In this document: one piece after another, positions 1 through 11,512 of the stretch
Position numbering within the stretch: position 1 is the first letter of the stretch
How the letters are laid out: each line of letters opens with the position of its first letter
Origin: Folioceros fuciformis
Taxonomy: Eukaryota
Assembly: GCA_049999805.1 (NCBI GenBank)
Contig: JBNGIO010005480.1
Location: forward strand, 1 to 64,000
Length of the DNA stretch: 64,000 nucleotides
Direction of reading: 5' to 3'
Translations under genes and position numbers: made by a program
Notes under the pieces: model-generated
The model's database searches: none
Told to the model about the DNA's origin: nothing
Seen by the model: only the letters and a program-made list of their open reading frames with translations

Positions 1-159
1 GCTCCAGTGAACCCTGCAACTGATCCTGCTATGCTCTTGTGCAGCCTGACCAAGTTGAGCCGGAGCCAACAGTTTGTAGAAGCCATTGACGAGCTCCTAT
101 CTACTGCAACCCGAACCTGTACGATCAGAGTTTCGGTGCTACTCTCAGGTATGCTAAAT

Positions 160-3100
160 ATGTGATTTATTGTGATGAAAGAACGATGGGAGGGGCCCAT
201 CTAGGAGGGTTTAAACCAAAAAGGGACCCGGAGGTCGAGGTGAAGAGGAGCAACTGAGCTCCCTACCTGAAGTCACCGACTGCACCCACAATGTCGTATG
301 CAGGGAGAAAAAACGGCCTGCAAACCGCGGGAGTAGAGGAAACTACGTCACCTGCTGTCGCTCCCTTGTGAAGGATCGCCGTTGCGAGCGCTCGTTGAAG
401 GGCGATAGAACGCGTTGTCGAAAATATGCTGTGAAGTACGAGAGGGACAGCCCTGCACTATGCCTGCGCGCATGGTAAACTTTGGCGCAGGACTTGACGA
501 ATTTGTCACAGTCCTCCGCCATTGCCCCATACGTTTCCAGCGCAAGCGGGATAAAGAGGTGGCCCGCTTGCATCCTGCTATATTTGCGGACCTTGAGAGC
601 CGCTGCACGGGCAGCAGCCCAGCCCGGACGGTTGGTGATGACCTGAGCAGAGGTAGTGTTAAGTGCGGGGTCAGTAACCACTACATCTGCCACCACAACC
701 TGGTCGCCACGGACAAGGTACAGGTCCGCCCTGATTGAACGACCTATAAGAAGAGTATACCCCCCTCCCTCCAGGCCATGTAGCCACTTTCGCGAGCAAT
801 GGCAAACATGACATCACGGATGGCGTCGTGAGTGGCAATGCGATGACCCCCGTGGGACAACGAGCAAGGTGGACACAAGAGTCATCGAGGGCAGATCCGC
901 ACTCGCAGGTAAGGAGCGAAGAGGCCACAGGCTGGAGCAGGCCGGGACGGAATTGCATCGCAGTAGTGAAGGTGGTTGGTGCGACGTGAAATCCCCGTAT
1001 GTATGGGCGAGCCAGTAGCCAAGCACCTGCGCCCTTCCCAGAACAAGAGCGGAGCCGCGTTGTAGTGGACCGAGAGATGGAAGGGTCCTGGAGGACAGAC
1101 TGAAAAGCCTGGCCAAGCTGCTTCTCCTGGAGGGATGCCTGCAACCCCCTAAAACCATAAGTGATAAATGTGGGGAAAGGAGGGAAGACCTTCCGAGCGT
1201 CCGCAGATAGCATGTCTCTAGCCTGCCTCAGGGACGATTGGAGAGAGAAGGTTCCCTCCTCCACACCTGATACGAGATCCTTGAGGAAGGGCCTGTCATG
1301 GAGGATGAAGTGGGAAGCCAAGGCGGGGGCAGAGAGGGCCCAACTCCCCAAGAAAGCCGCTGGGAAAGAGACCTCCGACGAGAGCAGGCCAGTGCCTTCG
1401 AATTGCAAAGGCAAGGATGCTTGCCAACGGGCCAGGTCACCCCCAGGGCACTCAAAAGCCCCTGAGCCCTGGATGTCCTCGAGAGTATCCAAAATCTTCG
1501 TATCGAAGCCCCGCAGCCGGGACAGAAGGGCCGGAGACGGAGGCAGTGTGCGGAAGAGGTACCCCGGGCGCCTAGCGAAGCAGGAGGAAAGAATTCCAAA
1601 GGCCACCTGAGCATCCCCCAGCAAAGGGAGGTCCTCGACGTGGGAGAGGTCCTCTGCGAGATCCTGGTCTAGGAAGCTCCCGATGAAGTCAGAGGAACCG
1701 AAGGGTACCCCTAGAATCCGCAATCCCAAAGTCGGAGCAATGTCCCCAGCAGGGAACTGCATAGTAGGCAGGATCCCTGACGCAGACTAGACGCGACACT
1801 TGGGCAGCTTGACCTTCAAGCCCACCGAAGAAAGCTCATGAGAGAAGATCTCAAAGGCCTCCTTGACTTTGTCCACAAGCCCGAGGATGTGAGAATCGTC
1901 TGCTAGCGAAGGGAAGACACAGACGCGCGCGGAGCAGGCAGCCCTAGATAGGGCCCTATAATGGGCAATGGTGAAGAGAGCACCACCTAGTGGGTCGCCG
2001 TGCCTGGTACCTGTGGCAGATTCCAAGACGGAGACGGCAAATCCTGAGGAGACGTTCTTGTGCTTGTAGTAGAGGTTGGAAGACCCCCCGTAGAAGCACC
2101 GAACAAACTGTATAAGACTCCCCAGGATGCCGCCAGCATCCCTGAGCTCCTCAAAGATGACGCTCCGGGAGATAAAATTGAAGGCGTTCTCGACATCCAC
2201 CTGTATGACCACCCACTTTGGATGGATATCAAGGCAAGCCCTCACCCCTAGCACCACAGACTCACAGCCCCCCGGAGTGGCAATGCCAAATTGAAGGGGG
2301 TTGAGGTGCTGTTGGAGGAGGGAGCGGCACTGTAGGGCGATAGTGCGGCTGAGAAGCCGCGTAAAGGCCTCCCCAACCGCGAGTGGGCGCACGTCCAAGC
2401 CTTGGGCGGGTTTGTCCATAGCGACAAGCCTGCTAGCTGCAAGGACAGCGGAAATCCGGTGAGGCAGCTCTCCACGAGCCACCGCAGCAGCCAGAGAAAA
2501 GAGCTCTGGGAAGCCGCTGGATGGATCTTCGGGGAGAACAAGGTCCCTAAGGTGTTCGAACACTATTCCCGACAAGCTGGCAGATGAAAGACGTGGGGTC
2601 GTGGAGAGTGCCAAAGCAAAAGCCGCCCGGTCCAGGGAGAAGGGATCCTCTGGGACATAAGTCGAATATGTCCGGGGGGATGGCATCCTTAGGTGCCGGG
2701 TGGAGGGCACGAAGGGCTGCAATGGTCTCTTCTGAAGCGGGGGCCAGGGGGAGGGGTCGAAGAGCCCTAGCAGCGCAGGCATATTCACCTGCTTGGCCCA
2801 GCAACTTGCAGCGGCGTAGGTTTGTTGCATTACCCGGGGCTTGTTCCAGTTGTTGTGCAGATTCCGCCCGTGCCTTGGTAGCACGCACAGCTTCCTCCTA
2901 GAGGGCTGCCCAGTCCCCAGCCTGAAAGCGCCGAAGACGGGAAGTAGCTTCTCGGTGCCCAGAAGTCCCCCCCTAGTGCACCAAAGGCACCATCGGGGGA
3001 GAAGTAGGAGGAGGCACCAGGGGTTGAGCGCAAGGTGATCTAGTGGAAGACGGAATGCCAGACGGGCATCATCGTGAAGGTGCCGAGGAAGCCTGCGGAA

Positions 3101-3478
3101 GATGAGCGGACATGGAAAGCGGGTTTCAAACATTCTCAGGATGTGATCCAATTGACTCCGCAACCATTCCCAGGAAGAAAGGGGAACCCCAAGGAGGAAG
3201 GTACGGTGCGACGGAGCCTGGGAAGCGGGACTGGAGGAGGTGACGGCATGCAATTGGGCATGGGCAGCCCAGGTAGCCAAGTCGAAATCTTTGTGCATGT
3301 GCCCGATGTGCATTTTCACCCCCTTGAGACCGCAGAATAGTTTAGCACAGGCAGGACAAAGCGTGTCCTTGTCCTTCACAATCGCAGAGGGTGTGGACCG
3401 CACCATATTATTGTACTGGTGATGGACGTCCGAGCTCCGGCGCATCGGTTGTAAGCGGAAACAAACAATGTTCAACAA
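160..3478 (-). mobile_element. Decayed non-LTR retrotransposon with restriction-like endonuclease (RLE), CRE-clade-like
   Basis: ORF pieces 1787-3478, 2547-2888, 671-1762 and 343-696 join into one protein. It has a C2H2 finger (CPACAKLFCGLKGVKMHIGHMH), a pre-RT motif (AARAL..LAP....T.AALRALHP), RT motifs (RPLAVGE, QFGIATPGGCE, VDVENAFN, GTRHGDPLGG, LADD), a CCHC knuckle (CECG..CVHLARC) and RLE motifs (DVVVTDP, K.RKY, FIPLALETYG). Frameshifts and a stop at 1787. AATAAA on - strand at ~166-171. Ends approximate. Confidence 0.88.
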
Positions 3479-4034
3479 TCCCTCTGCAGGATGCGTGGTG
3501 TGCGCGCTGCTGTTACTGCTGCAGCTACTGCCATTGCTACAAGCTGGTGGTAGCCACCTACCCTACCTTGCCCGGCCTCCTCCTGTGCACTTCACCTGCA
3601 CCTTCACCTTCACCTACACCTACTCCTATGCATCAAACCATTTGTTTCAATAAGCTACTGATGTTTGGCTCGCCAATTGAGATGGGCAGGCCACAAAGAC
3701 TCGGAGCTCACTACCCCACTGCAGACCTGGCAAACAGGCTACCCTGCTCATTGTATCAGGCTCCACCAGCCATGCATGGTACAAACCACCAGCTCTAGCA
3801 GGCCAAAAACCCTACCAGGCAGATGTGGAGATCGGCATGGCATGCCGCTTCTATCCCCACACCTAGCCCTGCAACTGCAACATCAGCCGCGAGCGCGATG
3901 CAGAAGTGGACTGAAAGTCCATCCTGCCGGACTGGACTCCCGCTCCACACTCCCACGCTGCCGCTCAGGTATGTAGGCATGTTGATGAGGGCAAATGGCA
4001 AGGGGATTCAGTAGTAAAAGTAAATTAGAATTGC

Positions 4035-4272
4035 TGTTGGATCGTGAGCGGTGACCTAAGCCAAGTGCACGGGAGAGACAGGAAGAGCACGAGGAACGTG
4101 TGTGTACCAACAAAGAGTATTGTATTGATAAAGCAGAAAGATACTTATACATGTTTGTAGACAGCGGTTTAATGACCGTCAATCTAGCTGGAAATACTAA
4201 ACTACCTAATAGCCGTCCATGAGACGGGCTAACTTGAGTAGAATAACATAAACTGAAAGGTTATTCCCAATA
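4035..4272 (-). repeat. 3' LTR (~238 bp) of the minus-strand copia element
   Basis: Inverted ends TGTTGG...CCAATA (one mismatch to CCAACA). A purine-rich PPT (TAAGTGGGAG on - strand, 4273-4282) abuts it on the pol side. Confidence 0.7.
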
Positions 4273-7200
4273 CTCCCACTTAGTTGCAGTATTTTCAAAG
4301 TGGAAATTTGGACTGTAATATTCGTCCTTCACATGCAAGCTGTGACGAGTATATAATGATGGACTGAAAACACATGCCAAACGAGGTAGCGTTATAGCTC
4401 AATTTAGTCCGCTTGCAATTACACTCCAGCATGCTCTAAGAACAGCGTCTATGGCTACCTTCAGCCCCATAGAAATGGCTCTTCTCTTGATCACAGTATT
4501 CATTCTCTACTTGGATGCTTGGATCCCTGTGCTGAAATTTTCGGAGCACCAGTCCTACCTTCACGCGTTGCAATGTCCAGCTTCAAACATTGTCTCCTTT
4601 TACTCTCCTAGCTTGGCTCCACTTCCGAAAGCAAGAGCAAGAGAGGAGTGACAGGTGTGGCTTTGCAGCCTACACCTGAAGAGATTGAAGCATACATGAG
4701 AGTTCCTCTCCCTATGGATTCAGATGATGAAGCCTACATGGAGAGAATGGGGATACAAGCCTTCTATGGGTTCCAAGAGTGTGAAGAAGACAGCAAAGGA
4801 GTCTAAAGATGTGGAAGACACTAAGACTCCTAAGAAAGGGAAGGAGAAACCTACACCACATGAGATAGGAAGTGGGATACAGGTGCTATACGGATGTAAG
4901 TACGTTACTCTTAGAAAGTATGCATGAAACCTGACAGAGTAGTGATGCTGATTACTGCTGTGGGTGTTGCAGCCTTGACTGAAAAAATTTACAAAATGTG
5001 ACAAGGCCCTTGGGAAGGCCTGAAGAAAACACTCACAAAACAGGGCAAACTCCCACTGGGTGTTTAAAAGCAGTAATCTCTAGTGGGCAGTGCCCTTAGC
5101 AGCAACGGCGGGCATTTCACTAGTGCCAGCGGAGGCAGTATGTTTCTCACGGACAGGTTTGGAAAGAGATTTCATAAGAAGATCATAGATGTTGTCCTCA
5201 GTAGGCACATAAGACACTGTCACCTCTCCAGACTCAGCAGCTTGCTTGATAAAGTGATGACTTATCTCGATGTGTTTTTATCGTGCATGGAAAACCGGAT
5301 TCTTGCTAAGTGCGATAGATGATTGGTTGTCACACCACAAAGGCATTGCACCTAGCTGCAGTTGTTGAAGCCCCTTCATAAAGCTCCGGATCCATATGAC
5401 CTCCCTGGCAGCTTGTGTCATGGCAGCATATTTTGCCTCAGTAGAGGACAGGCATATAGTTGATAGTTTCTTACTACTCCATGAAACATTAGAGGTCCCC
5501 AGAAAGACGTAGTAGGCAACAATAGATTTCCAGGTGTCGGGATCCCCTGCCCAATCTGCATCGCAATAAGTAGTGAGAACCAAACCTGTCTTACACCTAG
5601 TGAACCTAAGGCCCTTCATGGCTGTCCCTTTCAAGTATCTAAAAATGCGTTTGACAGCAGTCCAATGAGATGGGCCAAGATTCTCGAAGAACTGGCTTAC
5701 AGCTCCCACTGCCCGGGTAATGTCCATACCGGTCCAATCGGAGAGAGAAATGAGGGAGCTGACAGCCTGTCTATAAGGAATATTGGCCATGGCTTGTTTG
5801 TCCTCCTCAGTAGCAGGGCACTGTTCTAAGGAGAGCTTCTCACCTAAGGACATGGGTGTAGCTACAGGCTTCGCATCTTGCATGTTGAAGCACTATAGAA
5901 GCTGATGCACAAAGTGCTCATGATGTATATCAATGGTGCCATCAATCCTATTGAATTGAAACTGAACACCCAGGAAAAAGGTGAATTCTCCTAGGTCAAT
6001 CATATCGAGCTTAGAAAGAAGAATTAGCTTGATACGGGCCGTAAGGGCAGCAGAGTTGCTAAATAGAAAGTTGTCATCAATATAGATAGTGAGGATCAAG
6101 AAATCCGCCCCATCCCACAGGATATAAACACTTGTGTCTGCATCAAGGCACGTGAAGCTTAGTTCCATCAAAAGCTTATGGAATACCTCATACCATGCAC
6201 GAGATGCCTGTTTGAGACCATAAAGTGTCTTGAGCAGCTTGCACACTTTGTCCTTGTCAATGAAAAAACCCTTCGGCTGGCTCATGTAGATATCTTCCTC
6301 TAGAAGGCCATTCAGAAAGCTTGTTTTGACATCCAGTTGGTGTAAGAGAAGGTTATAATGGACAACTAAGGCTAAAAGGATCCTTACAGAGGTGGACTTT
6401 GACGACTAGGGCAAAAGTTTCGTTGAAGTCGAGTCTAGGAATCTGGTTGTAGCCCTTGGCAACAAGGTGGGCCTTGTATCTACCAACAGTTCCATCAGTA
6501 TTCATTTTTTTCTTAAAGACCCACTTGTATGCAACTGGTTTTCTACCTGGAGGGAGATCTACAAGCTTCCAAGTTTTGTTTTGAATGAGAGAATTGTATT
6601 CTGAGTCTATAGCAGCTTGCCAAAAAGAGGCCTCAAGGCCTTCGAAGTCTTCTTTGTAAGTAGCTGGTTCACCTAAAGAAGAAGACACACTAAGTACAGC
6701 TATAGTAGACATGTCATAGGTTACCATGCTTGCCCACCGGTATTGAGGATCTTGCCACTCATGCATGGGGTGACGTATGCGGGTCGAACGACAAAGAGGA
6801 GGGTTCTTTTCTTCAAGATCAGACTCCTTAACCTTAGTATCTACAGGCTCAACCAGATCAGCATCGCCATTGGCAGGTGTACTTGGATTTTCATCATTAT
6901 GGCCTGGAGATGGTGGGGAGGTAATGTTCTCATAGTCACTATTGTCATTAGAAGCTGGAGTAGCCTGCAGTGATGGAGGTGCCCCCTCCCGTGATCCGAA
7001 GAAGAGTCATCCTCATCATCAAAGAAACTCGACTCGTCAGTATCATCAGGAAGAGAATCCTCAATACCAGTGATGGAAGCAGGCACAAGAGTGGCATCTG
7101 GGTATAAAGCAACAGCATGCCGGCGAAGTAAGGTAGCCTCATGAAAAATGACACTACGTGACAAAGTGAGCTGTCGAGTGACAGGGTTGAAAAGTTTTTA

Positions 7201-9250
7201 GCCCTTCACCTCTTTAGAATAGCTGACAAAAACATGACGAGAGGCCTTGGGATTAAGCTTGGAGCATAGATCTGGTAGAACAAGGGCATAAGCTGGTGAC
7301 CCAAAGATGCGCAGGTGCCGAACGGGAGGCTTCCTACAAGTCCATCGCTCATAGGGAGTAATGGAACCAAGCTCCTTGGTGGGTAGGCGATTCTGAACAT
7401 AGTTGGCTGCCACCAAAGCTTCCGCCCAATACCCATGGGTGAGTCTAGCAAAGATGAGAGCAGCCAAAGTGGCTTCTTGCAAAGTTCTGTTTTTCACTTT
7501 GAAAAAGCATTCTGCTCTAGAGTATATGGAACTGTAAACTTATGAAGAATACCTTCCTTCTCACAGAAAGCAGCGAATGCATGGCTGGCTTACTCACCCC
7601 CGTTATTTGTTCGCAGGATGCACACCTTCCTTGAAGTCTATCTTTGTGCAAACTGAACATAGGACTGAAAATAGTCATGTGCTTCACTCTTGTGCTGAAG
7701 CAGATACACCACACAATACCAACTCCACTCGTCGATGAATGTGAGAAAATAATCTGCCCCTCCAAACGAGCTAGTGGACATAGGGTCGTAAATATCACTA
7801 TGAACTATGTGGAGCAACCCATCAGCACAGCTAAGAGCCTTATCGGAGAAAGGAAGTGAGTGGGCTTTACTGAGTTGACAAGCCTCACAGAAGGCATGTT
7901 TGTCAAAAGGAAAATCCAAAGGCTCTCACTAACTCTCACCTTTCATTAGAGTACCCAGACGCTAGAAGTTGACATGCCCGAGACGGTAGTGCCACAGCTA
8001 TGTAGCAGGAATTTCTGTGGAATGTACGGACTGTGTAGAACCCAAAACCGTCTTGACATTCAAAAGGTACAGATCATGGAAATGAGACCCTGAAAAGAGA
8101 TCTAGACCTGACTTGGTACAGGTGATGGAGCACCCTTGATGATCGAAACATACTTTGCAACCGTGTGCCTATGAGAGTTTCAAGAAAGACATAAGATTCT
8201 TAGTCATAGATGGGACATAAAGCACATCTGTAAGAGTGAGGTTGGAAGAATCAGGTAAAGTGATGACAACTGATCCCGAACCCTTGATCAAAAGCTCACT
8301 ATCATCCTCTAGCAACACAAATTGCTTGGTGTCAATAGCTGGAGTAAAAGACGAAAAAGCACGCCTATGAAAACAAATGTGACTCGTTGCTCCAGAATCT
8401 AAAAACCAAGTATCAGGGTGAACTTGTGTGGAAGAAAGGCAGACTGCTAGGATAGAGGGCTGCTTAGCCTTGTTGATGGTGACATTGCTTTCAAGAGGAT
8501 GATCACATCGAGGTTCTCCTCACTTCTTTTTGCGACAGTCCCGTTCATAGTGCACAGGAATTTTGCACCAATTGCAAACAAACGTCTTGTTGTTGTTGTT
8601 GCCAACTATGCGTGGTGGCTGTGTGTGGGAGCCACGTCCTTTGCCCCTACCACGAAAGCCTGCGCGTCCTCTTGAGGTGAATAGTACTCTAGTATTACTG
8701 GAAGTAGAACCCTTTTGCTTGCTGAAGCTCCGAGTACACTCCTCAGAAATAAGGGCCCATATAACATCCTCAAGAGTTACCTTGGGTGTTTGACCAGAAG
8801 CTGTCGCTTGCACAGCAGAGTTGATTGTGGCATTCTGGCTGGCCACAATGTAGTGATAGCTCTCTGGTAATGAAGCTAAGAGACTAATAGTTGCTTGAAC
8901 TTCTGATAGCATAGTGCCACAAAAAACAAGATTAGCCAGTGATGTGCGAAACTTGTTGATGTAGGCCTCAACCAGCTCATTCTCTTGCACCTCAGGTTGA
9001 AAAAGTCTCTGTGCGCATGCACAAGAGAGGATGAACTCTTATCCTGATAGATAGAATGGAAGATTTCCCAAATAGTTATGGAAGTCTTGGCTCCTATTGT
9101 ATAAGGCATCATAGTTTTATCTAAAGCAACAATGAGAATTGAGCGAGCAAGGCTATCCTTCCGCTCCCAAGCTAGGATCTCGTATGCACTTCTAGCAGGT
9201 ACTGTGACCTTGGGGTCTGTGCCGACCACGACGGACATCAGCTCATGCTG
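4035..9250 (-). mobile_element. Degenerate Ty1/copia LTR retrotransposon, 5'-truncated
   Basis: Copia domain order on - strand: gag (8520-9238, knuckle CNWCKIPVHYERDC), protease (WFLDSGATSH ~8410), integrase (CEAC, VHSDI, LTFIDE; 7198-7919), RT (YKWVFKKK, LYGLKQA, YIDD; 5893-6766) and RNase H (YCDADWAGD, NPVFHAR; to ~5080). Many stops and frameshifts. gag is cut at ~9250. Confidence 0.93.
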
Positions 9251-11512
9251 GCATGAGCGCCCAGGTCTATAGCGGGGCGCCCAGGTTCGGCGAAGGGAAC
9301 GCCGGCCCGGCCGCCGGTTCCGGAGCCGGACGGTGTGGCGCTAGGACATCGCCAGGTTGCGGCCAGGCAGGCTGCCGAGCGTGGACCGGCCAGCGGGCGC
9401 TAGTCCAAGTCGGCAAAGGCAGCGGTGCCGACGAGTACTAGTCGCGGCCGGTGGACGGCAGTCCTATGGACGGGTGAGGCTACGAAGCCGAATCGCAGGG
9501 TGTCGTTGCATGTGGGAGTCGCTAACGCCGGGCACTGGATTGCAAGTGCCGGAGCACCAACGTCGAGGGCGAAGACGGGAGCTAGTTGGGATCCTGGCCA
9601 CAAGGTGAAATCGGATCTCAACGGAAGATTCAGGCTCGACGTGTCATCCTAAATTGTGGACAGACGAATCGGAACGAGGGTAACAAAATCTACATTACAT
9701 TTTGATAGAATCTAACTAGCATTTTGCTTGATTTGCATTGATTTTAAAGCATGGCGTCCTTAAAAAACGTCATGTTCAATATTGAGAAGGTAGATGGTAC
9801 TAACTTCCCGTTCTGGAAAGAACAAGTGTATAATGTTCTAGTACAGAAGAAGCAAATCAAGTTGATAAAGTTGCTAGGAGTGAAACCCGTTAGCATGACT
9901 CAGGATGAGTGGCAGGACCTAAATGAGCTTGCTAGGTCTACCATCATGCTAACATTATCGAAGTCGGTCTACTTCAACCTGAAAGACAAGACCACAAGCT
10001 ACGAGCTATGGCAGAAGTTGTGTGACCTGTACGAAAAGCAAAGTGCGGCTTCTCAAGTGTATTGGTTGAAACAGCTGGTGGACTTGAAGATGAAGAAAGG
10101 AACGAGGATGTCCGATCATCTGAACGAGTTCAATACCATTTTCAGCCAGCTCTCATCTCAAGGTATCTCCTTCCCAGATTCCGTGAGAGCTATGTTTCTG
10201 TTGGTCACATTACCAAAGAGCTGGGACACCTTTCTTACAGCTCCAAATAATTCCGCTCCTGCTAGTGGTCTTACCATTGTAAATGTAGAAGGTAGCCTGT
10301 TAACAGAGGAGGTGAACAAGAAGAATATGGAACCTTCGAAAGGTTCCAATGNNNNNNNNNNNNNNNNNNNNNNNNNNNNNNNNNNNNNNNNNNNNNNNNN
10401 NNNNNNNNNNNNNNNNNNNNNNNNNNNNNNNNNNNNNNNNNNNNNNNNNNNCAAAGGGGAAGTACAAGGAGCGAAGTCGTTCCCGTAGTAAGTCTCGTAG
10501 TCAAAACAATGTTGAGTGTTACCATTGTCACAAGAAGAGTCACATCAGAAGGGACTGTGAGAAGTTCAAGAAGGACAAAGGAAAGGAGAAGAAGCAGAGC
10601 GACAACAAGGAAAGTCCAAGTGTCAAGCATGACGAGGTGAACTCTGTTGATGATGGAGATGTTCTTACCTCTTCTTTCTTCGATTCTGCACAGCTGACAG
10701 CCGTGGAGAGTCACTTATTCTCTAATTGGATAATTGACTCTGGAGCATCTTTCCATGATACTCCGCATAGGGAGCGGTTTAGCACTTATGATGCTACTAG
10801 GAAAGGATGTGTTCGGCTTGGAAATAACTACGCATGCGAGATTGCAGGCGTTGGTGATGTGCAGCTGAAGTTTGACAATGGATCTTCATTCGTATTGAAG
10901 GATGTTAGGCATGTTCCGAAGTTGACCAAAAGCATGATTAGCGCAAGGCAGTTGGATGATGCTGGCTACCACTGTTGGTTTGGAGATCGATCTTGGAAGA
11001 TCTCCAAAGGTTCTCTTGTGTTAGCTCGTGGATCGAAGTGTGGCACTTTGTACTCACTTCAGGTAACCACTGTCCAGGATCATATGATTTGTGTAACGGA
11101 ACAGCCAAGTGTTTCCTTTTGGCATAGTCGGTTAGGACATATTTCTCAAAAGGAATGAAGATCCTATCTCGTTTTGGTTACGTCCCTGCTTATGACTTTT
11201 TCGATTTCTCCGTGTGTGAGCATTGTTTGTATGGGAAATAGACGAAGTCACCACATAGAGCAAGAGGTAAACACAAAAGTAAACCTCTTGAGTTAGTTCA
11301 CTGTGACGTTTGTGAACCTATGCCCACTGTATCGTTAGGCAGTGCATCTTATTTTGTCACTTTCATTGATGACTTCTCACGCAAGGTGTGGGTTTATCCT
11401 TTCAAGAAAAAGGATGATGTTTTGACAGTATTTCAGAAATTCATCACCCTTGTGGAGAATCAGTATGGCCTCCGGCTGAAGTGTCTGAGGAGAGACAATG
11501 GGGGAGAGTATG

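Noticed and set aside
206-213. Telomere-like AGGGTTTA near the CRE-like 3' end
   Set aside because: A single unit inside the 3' UTR with no array; no support for telomere targeting.
3480-3963. Possible self-cleaving ribozyme 5' of the RLE element
   Set aside because: I could not identify an HDV-like or hammerhead fold by eye; it would need a covariance-model search.
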